Shown: positions 1 through 12,628 of the stretch, one piece after another
Layout: the number at the start of each line of letters is the position of its first letter
Position numbering within the stretch: position 1 is the first letter of the stretch
NCBI GenBank assembly: GCA_951406725.2
Contig: OX597818.1
Location: forward strand, 19,592,001 to 19,656,000
DNA length: 64,000 nucleotides
Reading direction: 5' to 3'
Source: Octopus vulgaris
Lineage: Eukaryota
Made by a program: the position numbers and the translations under genes
Notes under the pieces: model-generated
Databases searched by the model: none
What the model was told of the DNA's origin: nothing
What the model saw: only the letters and a program-made list of their open reading frames with translations

Positions 1-577
1 CATCAATGTAGCCAGTCGTCATTCGCAAGCGAATGTAGCATTGAAACGTGTACAATTCAGTCGCTGACTGTTTCGAGTTCATGTGCAGAAACGAGCAGAC
101 ATAGATAACTTATATTTGGAGACTGGCTAGCAAACACTACCAGCCATTTCACCCTTCATATACACATGTCCGCACACACACACACACACATACACATAAA
201 TAGACAGAACACACTTACATGTTTACTTATACACATAAACACACACGCTCCCATACGTAGACACAGTCTCATATAATTTTATGCTCGTTCACACGTACAT
301 ACACACACGCTCACCCCTCCCCGCACACACACACACACTCTCACACATACCATCCTAACATACACACGCGCGCTTGCGTGCCCCAGTTTAGCAGAGTCAG
401 TGTTAGCTCCCCCTCCATCGGCCTATTCCTTCCGGTCATTTCAACATGTAGACTCATTAATCACGACGCATTTTTCTGTCCCCGTTCTTCTCTCTCTCTC
501 TCTCCCTCTCTCCTTCTCTCTCTCTCTCTCCCTCTCTCCTTCTCTCTCTCTCTCTCTCCACTTTTTCCCTCTCATTC

Positions 578-614
578 CTTTCTGTCGAAGAGTGTAAGCT
601 CGAGATGTCAAAAC
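578..614 (+). ncRNA. Degenerate hammerhead-like motif (CUGUNGA-core family), in a Penelope pLTR-like repeat
   Basis: CTTT-CTGTCGA-A-GAGT-gtaa-GCTC-GAGA-TG-TC-AAAA; same family as 1485-1520 and 36769-36804, but GAAA is mutated to GAGA. Confidence 0.35.
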
Positions 615-967
615 CTATTCTATTTTTCTCGAGCGTCAAACTAGTACACCTGCTTCTTGTCCCCTCACCTGTCTCTGTCTTTAGTTTTCTGTACATTTGA
701 ACCAGTTTATCCTTTACTCGAAAGCACATGCATGATATGACGGAGGGAGAGAGAACTAAATCAGCACCCGACTGGTACACATACACAGCTTATAAGACTG
801 GTCAACATAAAAAGAAATGCTTTGCCCGATACAGAAATTGAACCCACATCCTTAAACACCCTAACCACTAGGCCACTAAATTAAATTTAAAGGACTAATA
901 AGTAAATATGCAGAATCCTTTAAAAATAAAAGAGATAAAATTTGTTCACAATCGTGTTTTCATTAAA

Positions 968-1172
968 GGCGGCGAGCTGGCAGAGCGTTAGCACACCGGA
1001 AAAAATGCTTAGCGGCATTTAGTCCGTCTTTAGGTTCAGAATTCAAATTCCACTGAGCTTACTTTTCATCCTTTGGTGGGGCATAGATAAAATAAGTACC
1101 AGTTGAGTACTGGAGTCCAAGTAATTAACTTACACTCATCCCTGAAGTTGCTGGCCTGGTGCCAGAATTTAA
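968..1172 (+). mobile_element. tRNA-derived SINE, family A (GGCGGCGAGCTGGCAGA head)
   Basis: A/B-box-like head; sequence recurs many times in the window (e.g. 3027-3250, 6984-7208, 21245-21452, 31940-32155, 44113-44338, 56792-56960, 61035-61240). Confidence 0.8.
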
Positions 1173-1484
1173 AAACTTTTTTTTTGTTTATATAAACTGG
1201 CCGTCCATTTCTACATGACAAAAGGAAAACTTTTATTTATTTCTAAACTAGTTCTTACTGTCCTCTTTCTTATCTATCTATTTCACGTTCTGACGTTTGT
1301 TACTTGAAATGACGTCAATGGGTGACGCAAACTTAGTTCTACACGATGCGAAATGCAAATCTATGTGTATGTATGTTTGTATGGATACACACACACGAAT
1401 ACACAGTCATGTATGTATACAGATCGTTAGCCACTACACGCATTTTTCTCTCTCCTTGTTTCTCTTCTTGTTTTTTCAGTGTCC

Positions 1485-1520
1485 CTTTCTGTAGAAGAGC
1501 TTAGGCTCGAAACGTAAAAG
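1485..1520 (+). ncRNA. Minimal type I hammerhead-like motif with variant core CUGUAGA
   Basis: Stem I CTTT/AAAG; core CTGTAGA; stem II GAGC/GCTC; GAAA; palindromic stem III ACGT; GUA site. Confidence 0.5.
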
Positions 1521-1963
1521 ACTTTTTCTATTCTGTTTGTTTTGTAGACCACCTGTCTTCGTCTTTTGTTTTTTTCGTAAACTCTCCCTATATATATATA
1601 TATATATATATATATTCATACATACATGCACACACTCTCATATTATATGTTTGTGCGTGTATATGTGTGTGTGAGTGCTCGAAATGAGGAGAAAGCCGAC
1701 AACTAATGAAGGGTCGTTCTCCGTGTTACTTGTCCTGTTTACCATTTTATTCTCTCGTTGTTTGCATATTTAACTCGTTTGTTTTCGTACTTCGTGTTGT
1801 TTACACAGTTTGTGACATCCTGTACCCATATATGCACACACATACACACACGCACAAAATGAATAGATAACAAAATAAAGGGACATCATTGGTGATTGGG
1901 AGTGGGCAGTCAGAAAAGTAAAGTAGGAATATTCCCATAAAGGAGAATATTGAAGAGGAACTG

Positions 1964-1986
1964 TAATAATAATGATGATGATGATG

Positions 1987-2038
<52 letters not shown>

Positions 2039-2056
2039 TTATCATTATTATTATTG
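1964..2056. repeat. (TAA/TGA)n trinucleotide microsatellite
   Basis: Direct reading; source of the poly-I and poly-Y ORFs. Confidence 0.95.
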
Positions 2057-2829
2057 ATGTGTGTGTTTGTGAAACTTAGACACCACAAGTCACTAGAAGA
2101 AGTAGTGTTATGTTTACTACGTAGTGGTTCGTCAGGTTTCGAGCTGAAATAACGCCTTTACACAACTTTCTGCAAAAATAAAAAGAAATAATAATAGTAA
2201 TAATAAAATGTTTAAAACAAGTAGAAAACCCGTTTGTATTATTTATTAGCTGAATGGCAACATAGTTTTATGATTAGGTCAGCAACAACGCACTCCACAT
2301 CTGGTACATTTTTTTTCTTTTTTTGGGGGGGGGGTGTATTTTATTTTTTTTCTTCTTTCTCAAGCAAACTAAGAGAAACCTGAGGAGAGAATAATTGAAA
2401 TATATGTTAATCTGTGTATATATATGTATATGTATGTATACTTGTTTATATATGTGTGGGTGTGCGGATGTGTATATGTTTGTGTGTATGTATAGGTATG
2501 TATATATTTACGTATATAAATGTATGTATACGTATGTATATATTTGTCTCTGTCTGTATGTATATATATATATTGTATATGTGTGTATATATGTATATGT
2601 ATGTGTGCATGTGTATATATATATGTGTGTGTGTGTGTATGTGTTTGTATATATTGGTATGTTATTGAATTATCAGAGTGACTGAATATTCCACAGGCAG
2701 ATGTGCCTTTAGTGTAATTCTCAGGTAAAATCAGCGTTACATGGTGTACTTAGAGTGACAAATTCGCCGTCTTCATTTTTCAGTATTGACACTCATCGTT
2801 ATCACCATTTTGGACTGAATCTCACTCAT

Positions 2830-3017
2830 CTTATCCTCTTCACTCATTTATTCCTGGGAGGATTATGGGGGCAGAGACCTCAAGCACGCCTTCCATTGGG
2901 CCTTGTCTGAAGCAGCTGTTTCCAGTTGATCCAGCTGGCTTCCCGAGCGAGATCAACCGAGTTCATGGATGTTATCCTACCATTTTGCACGTGGTCTCCC
3001 CCACTGGGTTTCCTGCC
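2830..3017 (-). mobile_element. RTE-clade LINE 3' remnant
   Basis: Minus strand translates GRKPSGGRPRAKW*DNI...LETAASDKAQWKACLRSL, matching the RTE ORF2 C-terminal GRPR..W.D / A.DR..W motif; contains stops. Confidence 0.6.
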
Positions 3018-3026
3018 GGTTGCTCG

Positions 3027-3250
3027 GGCTGGCAGAAACGTTAGCATGCCGGGCGATGTGCTTAACGGTATTTCGTCTGCCGTTACGTTGTGAGTTCAAA
3101 TTCCGCCGAGGTCGACTTTGCCTTTCATCCTTTCGGGGTCGATTAATTCAGTACCAGTTACGCACTGGGGTCGATGTAATCGACTTAATACCTATGTCTG
3201 TCCTTGTTTCTCCCCTTTGTGTTTAGCCCCTAGTGGGTAATAAAGAAATA
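3027..3250 (+). mobile_element. SINE family A (tail-1 subfamily) with 9-bp TSD GGTTGCTCG
   Basis: GGTTGCTCG at 3018-3026 and 3251-3259 flanks the copy. Confidence 0.8.
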
Positions 3251-3352
3251 GGTTGCTCGTAAAACCTGTCCAGCGATTTTTTCGCGAAACATTCTTACCA
3301 TACATTACTTTTTTTAGTTCAAATTCTCTAGAGATTGGCTTCGCCTTTCATC

Positions 3353-3866
3353 TGTAACGAAAATGTGAATATCTTCTCTTGTACTTTCGGGGTACAAGAA
3401 GCAATCACTTTCCGTTGCTTTAATAATCCAGAATTCTACCCGTCAGAAACAACAAGACGCAGACGTAAATAATATATATCTACTTTATTCTCTTATGTGG
3501 TAACAGATAATTGGTGTATCTGGCATCCCTTTGGTATAGATGTGTCTCAGCTGAACCTTATCGCTGTAAAATAAGAAAGTGTTCAAATGCAAAACGACAC
3601 TTGTCAAAGATGGCGTCCGGAGAAAGGAAGATGATGTAGTCTGCAACAATTTGGTTAAAAGCTTTCGGTAAAAGGCTGCTGCTAGAATCAAATTCGGACA
3701 GAGAGAATATACGTGTTGTACCTTCGATAGCCATGTCTCAAGTCGCTGCTGACTGCTGCTAGTGGTCAAACGTTCTACGATCCCCTTGCCTCGGCTAACT
3801 GCCACGTAGGCAAAAGGGTTCTTCTTCCGGTGCTTCGCGCATGCGCCGCTGTATAGCGTCACTACA
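3353..3866 (-). repeat. 3' LTR
   Basis: TGTAACG...ACTACA, near-identical to 5347-5860. Confidence 0.95.
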
Positions 3867-5324
3867 GAGCTCCACCCCAGTGCGAAGCACGACACAAAAT
3901 TCCTTGTAGTGACTATAAAACTCAAGGTGGATACCAGATAACCAAATAGCACACAATATAATAAAATGGCAAAATTTACATCATACACAAGAAATTTACT
4001 AAAGGAAAAAAGAGAAAAAATACTCAAAAGGAGCAAAAATCAAAAGTGCATGCGTGAAAGTGGATACGTCACAAAGTATAAACCCTTCCGCTGAAGGGAG
4101 CGGAAGGAAAGCAAACTCACAGTTAATGAACCTAGGCGAAATTAAATCCAACTTCTCTAAAGGTAGTTGATCCTGCGAAATAGCAGTTAAATCAATTGCT
4201 GCAGGAGAGGAAATGGAATCGACAGATAGATCGCTAGTAACACAAAAGGCGACAGTGCAAGCATGCTGGTGTGATGCGCGACACAGATAATTTTCTCTGT
4301 TAATTACGTGACCAACAGGGGTCTTACAGGGAAAAGAATTAAGCTAACGCAAACGTGTTGCAAAAACAAGGCAGTACACGTGCGGAGCAAAGGCGCATGA
4401 AATGCAATAGGGCTTGCCAGACCGAAAAAACAGCAATGAATATGCCAGTGGTTGAGCGATTATATGCCTCGTTCGTACAGGAACAAAAGTATGACATGCT
4501 GGCGCGTTATAATGGACAAACAACCCTCTCTATGTATACGTGACCCCTAGGGTCTATAGAAATGAGGTGTGTCCACAAAAGGCAAATTTAGCATGGAAAA
4601 AACAAGCGAGAAAAGCATGTGTGACGTATGTATGTGAGAGATAGCATTTCTGTGTGTGTACGTGTGTGCGACAAAAATACAACAAGGTGAATGCGAGCAA
4701 AAATAAAAATACAGCGCATAGAAAAAATGTCTCTCAGGGCTATCTCAGACAATGGAGTTAATTTACCAGTCTCTAATAGCCTGATGCACAATAGCAGTTC
4801 GTTCTGTAACAGAATGTTGAAATCACAAATGCAGATGCCGATTGGACACATATCGTGTAACGGTTGTGGCTTCAATGCTGTGACAGGTTAACTGGAACAG
4901 AAGAATCTCGCAGATAGTGCTGGGCTGTTAATTCTTGGCGCGCTATGCACGAACAGCGTGAAAGCTAAAGTTCCGCGAGTTGCTATGTACATCTTGGTCG
5001 ACGGTGTTGAAAGGCGACGGTGGTGGTGGAAGGCGACTGTAGTGGACTTGAGACAACATTGTTCTTAGTGGTGATGGCGACGAAGATAACGACGACGTGA
5101 AGTTCTAAGACGACGATGATGATGACGAAGGCAGAGAAAAAGCATCGATGATATGATGGCGTCCGTCATTATGTTGAAGAATAAAAAAGGGCTCCTTCTA
5201 TAACTGTCCGAGGGGACCGGAAACAAATCGTCGAAAGATGATGACTGCGTAGAGTTAAATCGTGTTCCGACCTAGCAGAAAAACTGGATTTCTTTGTTGT
5301 TAAGTGATCTCTGGTTTTAGACCA

Positions 5325-5345
5325 GAATCACGTCGGGGGTCACCA
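5325..5345 (-). promoter_or_regulatory. Primer-binding site complementary to the tRNA-Trp 3' end
   Basis: Plus strand GAATCACGTCGGGGGTCACCA matches the eukaryotic tRNA-Trp 3' end ...AATCACGTCGGGGTCACCA with one extra G; lies 1 nt from the LTR. Confidence 0.85.
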
Positions 5346-5346
5346 G

Positions 5347-5860
5347 TGTAACGAAAATGTGAATATCTTCTCTTGTACTTTCGGGGTACAAGAAGCAATC
5401 ACTTTCCGTTGCTTTAATAATCCAGAATTCTACCCGTCAGAAACAACAAGACGCAGACGTAAATAGTATATATCTACTTTATTCTCTTATGTGGTAACAG
5501 ATAATTGGTGTATCTGGCATCCCTTTGGTATAGATGTGTCTCAGCTGAACCTTATCGCTGTAAAATAAGAAAGTGTTCAAATGCAAAACGACACTTGTCA
5601 AAGATGGCGTCCGGAGAAAGGAAGATGATGTAGTCTGCAACAATTTGGTTAAAAGCTTTCGGTAAAAGGCTGCTGCTAGAATCAAATTCGGACAGAGAGA
5701 ATATACGTGTTGTACCTTCGATAGCCATGTCTCAAGTCGCTGCTGACTGCTGCTAGTGGTCAAACGTTCTACGATCCCCTTGCCTCGGCTAACTGCCACG
5801 TAGGCAAAAGGGTTCTTCTTCCGGTGCTTCGCGCATGCGCCGCTGTATAGCGTCACTACA
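5347..5860 (-). repeat. 5' LTR
   Basis: Near-identical to 3353-3866; one A/G difference noticed at 3472/5466. Confidence 0.95.
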
Positions 5861-6983
5861 CATCCTTTCGGAGTCGACGAAATAAATACCAGTTGAGCAC
5901 TGGAGTTGATGTAATCGACTTACCCGTCTCCCGAAAATGCTGTCCTGGTGCCAAAATTTGAAACCAATATGTGTACTACTCCTGTCTGTAATCCAAAATG
6001 TCCGTATATATATATAAGACCTTGGCTGTGCATCTGCTGTTTTAATCTATTGGATTTTGAGTCTGTGAAAAAAATTCCGTGTTATATATTTCTTCATTTA
6101 AGACTCTCGGTGCAATACTGAATCAATTATTACCCAGCAAGCTTATGATCGGAAGTAGCCTAGATTTCGGGATTTTCCTTTTTTCTGGAGACATTCTGAA
6201 TATAAAATATAAAATGAACTTTGAAGACTAAAGAACTAAATTGTATTTCACAGATTCAAATTAATACACTTAAAAACAAGGCTTGTTTGATATTTATTAA
6301 TCCAGTTAAAATTCTTAAAATATATCATACTTTATCATGTGTACTGTATGATGTTTATAAGAAGAAAATTAAACCAAGAAGAAATTAAACATTCAGGTAC
6401 AAATTAATACATTTCTAAAGCAGAGTAGGTTGATTCTTTATCAATCCACTTTAAAGTAAATTAAAGAACAAAACTATTTTTAACATACCGTTTGTAAATA
6501 AACTAACAATGCGGCAGCGCGATGAACTATAGCTGGCCCGCGAAATTCAAAATAACCGATTTCAAAAATGGCCGGTTTTTTTTTATCGTCTGAAGTTTCT
6601 GAAAGCCTTATAAATAGTGACATATATAGTTCTTTATACAAAGTATTACATTATGCAGACCTAAAATAATAATGTAATTTAAAATACATTTCAAAATTGG
6701 AATATTTATCTTAGAAATTTCAGTTGTCTCCCCTGATTCAGATTTATGAATTTGTCATACTTTCGTCAGCGGAAAAAATTTTTTATGTCACGCTTGTTCT
6801 GTTACTATTATATACAACCTGAGTTGTTTTATGTTGTTTCAAGATAGGTTGGGGAAAGAGCTGAATTCATTGCTTTCCAAATATCAGCCGCCTGAAAAAT
6901 GAATCTCTTGTCAGGAAGCTTTCTTAAAGCAAACATACAAACAATAAATATGGTAAAAAAAAAACAAGAACACGAAAATTTAA

Positions 6984-7208
6984 TATTTCTTTATTGCCCA
7001 CCAGGGGCTAAACACAGGGGGGACAAACAAGGACAGACAAAGGGATTAAGTCGATTATATCGACCTCAGTGCGTAGCAGGTACTTAATTTATCGACCCCG
7101 AAAGGATGAAAGGCAAAGTCGACCTCGGCGGAATTTGAACTCACAACGTAGACGAAATACCGCTAAGCACTTCACCCGGCGTGCTAACGTTTCTGCCAGC
7201 TCGCCGCC
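6984..7208 (-). mobile_element. SINE family A, full length (tail-1 subfamily)
   Basis: Reverse complement of the GGCGGCGAGCTGGCAGAAACG head through the AAAGAAATA tail. Confidence 0.85.
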
Positions 7209-7492
7209 TTACAGTATTTAACTACGCGCTACTAATAGTTTCGTTTTGTGGAAACGCAATAAATCAGCAGATTTTTATATCATGCCTTGTGCCGCCAAGC
7301 AATCCTTCCGGCTCAAATACACAATGTGGCTGGTCTTATTTTAAAGATCGATTGCATAGAAAAATAAGGCATTATACTTAAATCCTTCCGATTTTTATCG
7401 TGTTTCCACAGCATGAAACTAATAGTAACTCGAATCTAAATACTGTGTATATTTATTTTTATCTCTCACTCGATGGAGTGCTTTTCTGTTGA

Positions 7493-7570
<78 letters not shown>

Positions 7571-7956
7571 CTCCCTATGCTGACCGTTGACTTCATCTTA
7601 CTCCTTCCAGGTGTGGTCTTACTGTCATATTTTACTTTTATTATCTGCATTTATCATTTTATCGTTATTATTGTTACCATTATTCTGATTTTTATTTGTT
7701 TTGTTATTACTCTATTATTGTTTTGCTATAATTCTTTTAATTATGGTCGTGGTTGCTATAGGTTTTACTGTTGTTTCGTCAATATTACTATTTCTTTTAT
7801 TGTTAATGTAGTTGTTGTTGTTATCATTATTATTATTATTATTTTTATAGTTGCTATTAATATTATATATTCTTATTTTACTGATATTTTTATTATTGTT
7901 CTCCTGTTTGACACTACATAACAGAATCTATCTCTTCCTCTTTCTCTCCTTTGTAC

Positions 7957-9452
7957 TATATTTGTGTATGTGTACTTATACGAGGGTGTGTGAGTGCGTC
8001 TTGGACAACTGGGTGAGGTGTGGCGTAACGTTGATAGCCTTCTTTTCTTCATCCCATCACTTCTCTCGCACACTTTCTTGACCTCTTAATTCCTTCTCCC
8101 TCTGTTTTGTTCTCATATGATAACTTAACTGTACTTATATACATACTGGTGCAGCATATAAGGACCTGCATCTTTGTGTTGTAATTTTATTAGTGATACT
8201 GACGGAGTAAACTGGCTGTATTGTGTCGCGTAATAGGGCCATTAGCCTCACGTAATTAACGGTGGACGGGTTTCTGAAACAGGTGTGCATTATATAAAAC
8301 ATAAATACCAATTACGTTTTCTGGATTCCTTGTGTGGTAAGAGAGAGAGGGGGAGATATTTGAACGGATATTATACTAACGCAGCAACATTGCAGAAAGC
8401 GTAGATTGCTGGTGAAAATCAGTTACATTTGTGTTCTCAGTTCAAATCCAGCTAGAACCATTTTTTTTTTTTTTTGCTAAGGTCGATTAAATAAAACTCG
8501 ATTCTACGATCTTTGTGGTTATCGTCACTGTCTACAATTTTGTTCCAATTGTTTTCAAATTTGATGGATCAAGTTTTGTATACTAATTATGAAAACGAAA
8601 TTCATTTTTCCTATAATTTCATAATTAAAAAGTTACTAGCCTTTAAAATTTGCAAAATTTAGGTATTCTAGCCAATCAGAAGCGAGTATTTTACACATCA
8701 CCGTGAAGTTTTGTTAGCATAGTAAGCAAAAAAGCACCACGTGTTCCATAGCTGATTGAGAAGAACTCTGTTTCGATAATAACCAAAGATGCTATACATG
8801 CGCACAAGGAGTGTAACCTTCCATAATTGTTTGTTTTCAAAATAGTAGGCATTCGATAGTGTATTGCAAACTTTCGTTCTTGAATATTCTAAACTAATAA
8901 ATGTCTGTTTTGACTTCTTTCTAGCAAGTCCTGTTGGTTTGCTCGTAGCTTTTAGATATTTAATTTGCTCGCGAATCTTTTAATGTTTTTCACTGTTTGC
9001 TGTAACTAGTTTAATGTTTTGACATGCCGGTGCCCACCTTTTTTCTCGATAACCCCAAAGATCCCGATTCTATTCTGTTTCAATAACTGGCTACTGATCA
9101 ACAGATCTGCTCGAAACGGATGCAAAATATCCTTCAAGACCAACTTACAATCTTAAAAGGATGTAGGATAAATACGAAATGGTCACGGTTGGAATTTCTT
9201 TTCATAGTTTTCTTGATCAGAGCTGCAAAGATGCAGGCCCTTATATACACCAGTATGCATATAAGTATAGTTAGGTTATCATATGAGAATAGAACAGAGG
9301 GAGAGGGAATTAAGAGGTCAAGAAGTGTGAGAGAGGAGTGTGAAGGGATGGAGAAAAGAAGGCTATCAAGGACACACCACGCCTCACCCAACGCGCTCTA
9401 GTTGACCCAGGCACACTCACACACTCTCGCATAAGTACACATACAGAAATAT
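7957..9452. repeat. Diverged ~220-bp inverted repeat pair (~7957-8177 / ~9225-9452)
   Basis: e.g. TTCTTGACCTCTTAATTCC vs GGAATTAAGAGGTCAAGAA, TCTCATATGATAAC vs GTTATCATATGAGA. Confidence 0.8.
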
Positions 9453-9908
9453 GAACAAATACTAGAATTCTTTCGAGCAAACGGGCCATGAAATAGTAGG
9501 TAAAGTTCTCTGAAAAATCACACCCCTTGTCTGGGAGACACGCAATGAATAATGTACTTTTATATATCACAATAAGGATGGTTGGTCATATTCAGAATAT
9601 ATTTGATTCGCTTTTTCGGAATTCACTTGAGACTAAATGACAATAACAAAGACAAAGATTACACCAGCTGTAGTGTCAACAACCGCCGGAGTTGTTAAAA
9701 GTACAACTCTGACAAGAAATGAAAATTATTCATAATGAAGTTTATGGACCCAATTTTTTTTGTAATTGGTTCCTTGATCCCCAAATTAGCACTTGGGAAA
9801 AACAAATGCGAGTTATTGCAAGCATAATAAGCTTATTTTACTGTGTAAATTTGCACACACACACACACACATACACACATGCATGTTTGTACGTTTATTC
9901 ATGCATTC

Positions 9909-9988
<80 letters not shown>

Positions 9989-10015
9989 ATGTATATATGA
10001 AAGAGGCATAGGAAA

Positions 10016-10200
10016 CATCTCAAGTCATTTACATCATTTTATATTATTCTTAAATTAGTTGAGGTCTTACAGCTGTTTCTAGGATATCCCAAGTGAGAGC
10101 AGAGTATGCCTCAATATGGGGTATTCGGTCATCCCAGAAACAGCTGCAAGACCACAACTAATTTAAGAATAATGAAAAATTATGTATGTGACTTGAGATG
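10016..10200. repeat. Fold-back (inverted pLTR-like) structure carrying the hammerhead 3' half GAAACAGCTG
   Basis: Arms 10016-10085 / 10131-10200; GAAACAGCTG(T/C)A is a typical palindromic stem III of Penelope-associated hammerheads. Confidence 0.65.
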
Positions 10201-10374
10201 CTTATTACGCCCCGGCCTTTGTTGACCTCTTTCATAAAAATATATCTGCTAAATCGGAAACCTAAAAGTGATTCATAGCTCCCGTCCCGGTTACGAGCTT
10301 GGAACCCTGATAAACCGTTACACCACTTACCCAGCGCACCTATTCGTTTGGATCACAGTAAACTAAATACCCAT

Positions 10375-10512
<138 letters not shown>

Positions 10513-10580
10513 TATATACATATATTTATATACATATATATACACATACATATCTAATATATACATATACACACACACAC

Positions 10581-10629
<49 letters not shown>

Positions 10630-10678
10630 CATATATATACATACATATATATATTTATATACATATATATATATATAC

Positions 10679-11320
10679 AGATAAGGAAAGCATGATGGTC
10701 CTCAGGCGGACATTCGTCCTCAGCCGCCTGGATTACTGCTCACAGTTATGGTCACTCACCAGTGTAAAATTAACAGCGGACCTTGAAGCAATCCAGAGAA
10801 GATTCACAAAGAAGATCGTCTCTTTGCAACAGCTCAGCTACTGGGAAAGGTTGAAACAGCTAAGACTCTACTCCCTGGAGAGAAGACGGGAGAGGTATGC
10901 AGCAATATATGTCTGGAAGATCCTGGAAGGAATTGTGCCAAACTTTGGCATTGTAAGCTACACCAATGCTAGAACGGGACGACACTGCATAGTGCCAAAG
11001 ATCCCAGCAATGCCATCACGCTTCAGGACCAGCTTCTGCAACAGCCTGGGTTTCAAGGGCCCACAGCTTTTTAATATTCTCCCAAAGAGTCTGAGGAACT
11101 TGCACAAAGTAGATGTAGCGGTTTTTAAATCTTCCTGTCGAGAGTCCCAGATGAACCTACCTCACGGCAATAGGTGCAAATGAGAGTAGCTATATCAAAC
11201 TCCATTCTTCACCAAGTGCCACATATTAGACGAGGTTCTTCGCAATAACAGTGTAGCACAAAACGGCGGTGCATCAGCATGGCCGCAGCTCTGAGCTGAA
11301 ACTAGAGTTTAAAAAAAAAT
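10679..11320 (+). mobile_element. 5'-truncated CR1-group LINE (RT C-terminus + 3' UTR), inserted in a TA microsatellite
   Basis: [14 protein letters not shown]...[12 protein letters not shown]...[21 protein letters not shown]; 3' stem-loop and A-rich tail. Confidence 0.9.
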
Positions 11321-11847
11321 ACATATATACATATAGATATATACAGATATATATACATATATATATATATACATATAAATATATATACACACACATATAT
11401 ATATATATATATACATATATATACACACACATATATATATACACATATATATATATACACACATATATATATACACATACATATATACACACATATATAT
11501 ATACACATATATATACACACATATATATATACACATATATACACACATAAACACACGCATATATTTTATACACACATATATATATTTACATTGACATATA
11601 TATTTATAACTATATACTCTCTCTCTCTTTTACTCTTTTACTTGTTTTAGTCATTATGACTGTGGCCATGCTGGAGCACCGTCTTTAGTCGACAAATTGA
11701 CTAACTTATTCTTTGTAAGCCTAGTACTTATTCTATTGGCCTCTTTTGCCGAACCACTAAGATACGGGGATGTAAACACACCAGCATCGGTTGTCAAGCG
11801 ATGTTGGAGGAGGACAAACACAGACACACAAACATATAAACACACAT

Positions 11848-11894
<47 letters not shown>

Positions 11895-11902
11895 ATACAT
11901 AC

Positions 11903-12021
<119 letters not shown>

Positions 12022-12024
12022 GGG

Positions 12025-12062
<38 letters not shown>

Positions 12063-12120
12063 TAAATCTCCGAACGAGATGTAAACAGTAACAGTACACT
12101 TTACGTTATATATATATTAT

Positions 12121-12231
12121 GTTAGTTAAAATATATTTGTGACATATTTCAACTGATATTTTCTCCCCGATAACTGCAGTGTATTTGTGTTTTAGCAGTT
12201 GAAATATGTCACAAACATATTTTAGCTAAAC
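12121..12231. repeat. Short fold-back with a hammerhead-like 3' half (GAAATATGTC)
   Basis: Arms 12121-12155 / 12196-12231; internal AACTGC/GCAGTT helix precedes GAAA-TAT-GTC. Confidence 0.55.
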
Positions 12232-12545
12232 TAAATTTTGCTTATATATATACACTACACAATATTTTTATAAGCAAACCCGAAATTGACTCAACGAAAT
12301 TATAACTGTGTATAATATATATCATTATTTATGTAGTATGAAGACAGCTTAAGTATATATTAAGTAATTTTGGCTGAAACTGATGGGTGATCGTTTGGCC
12401 AATGAGATTTGCAAGGAGCCGTAAAAGCGTCAATTCGTGAGTTCGATTCAGACAGTTTTGCTCATCATTTTTCGCTCATTTGTTTATATTTAAAAATTGT
12501 CGCCTCAAATATCATTGATATATATTATATACAGTTATTATATGG

Positions 12546-12628
<83 letters not shown>

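Larger units (their letters stand above)
3353..5860 (-). mobile_element. Young non-autonomous LTR retrotransposon (Gypsy-like signals), inserted in a family A SINE
   Basis: 514-bp direct LTRs with TG...CA ends; 4-bp TSD CATC (3349-3352, 5861-5864); tRNA-Trp PBS next to the right LTR; purine-rich GGGGTGGAG (minus strand) next to the left LTR; SINE text resumes after the TSD; no gag/pol ORF recognised. Confidence 0.92.

Noticed and set aside
3485-4036. 183-aa and 125-aa ORFs repeated at 3485 and 5479
   Set aside because: They lie in the LTRs, so the duplication is explained; no recognisable domain.
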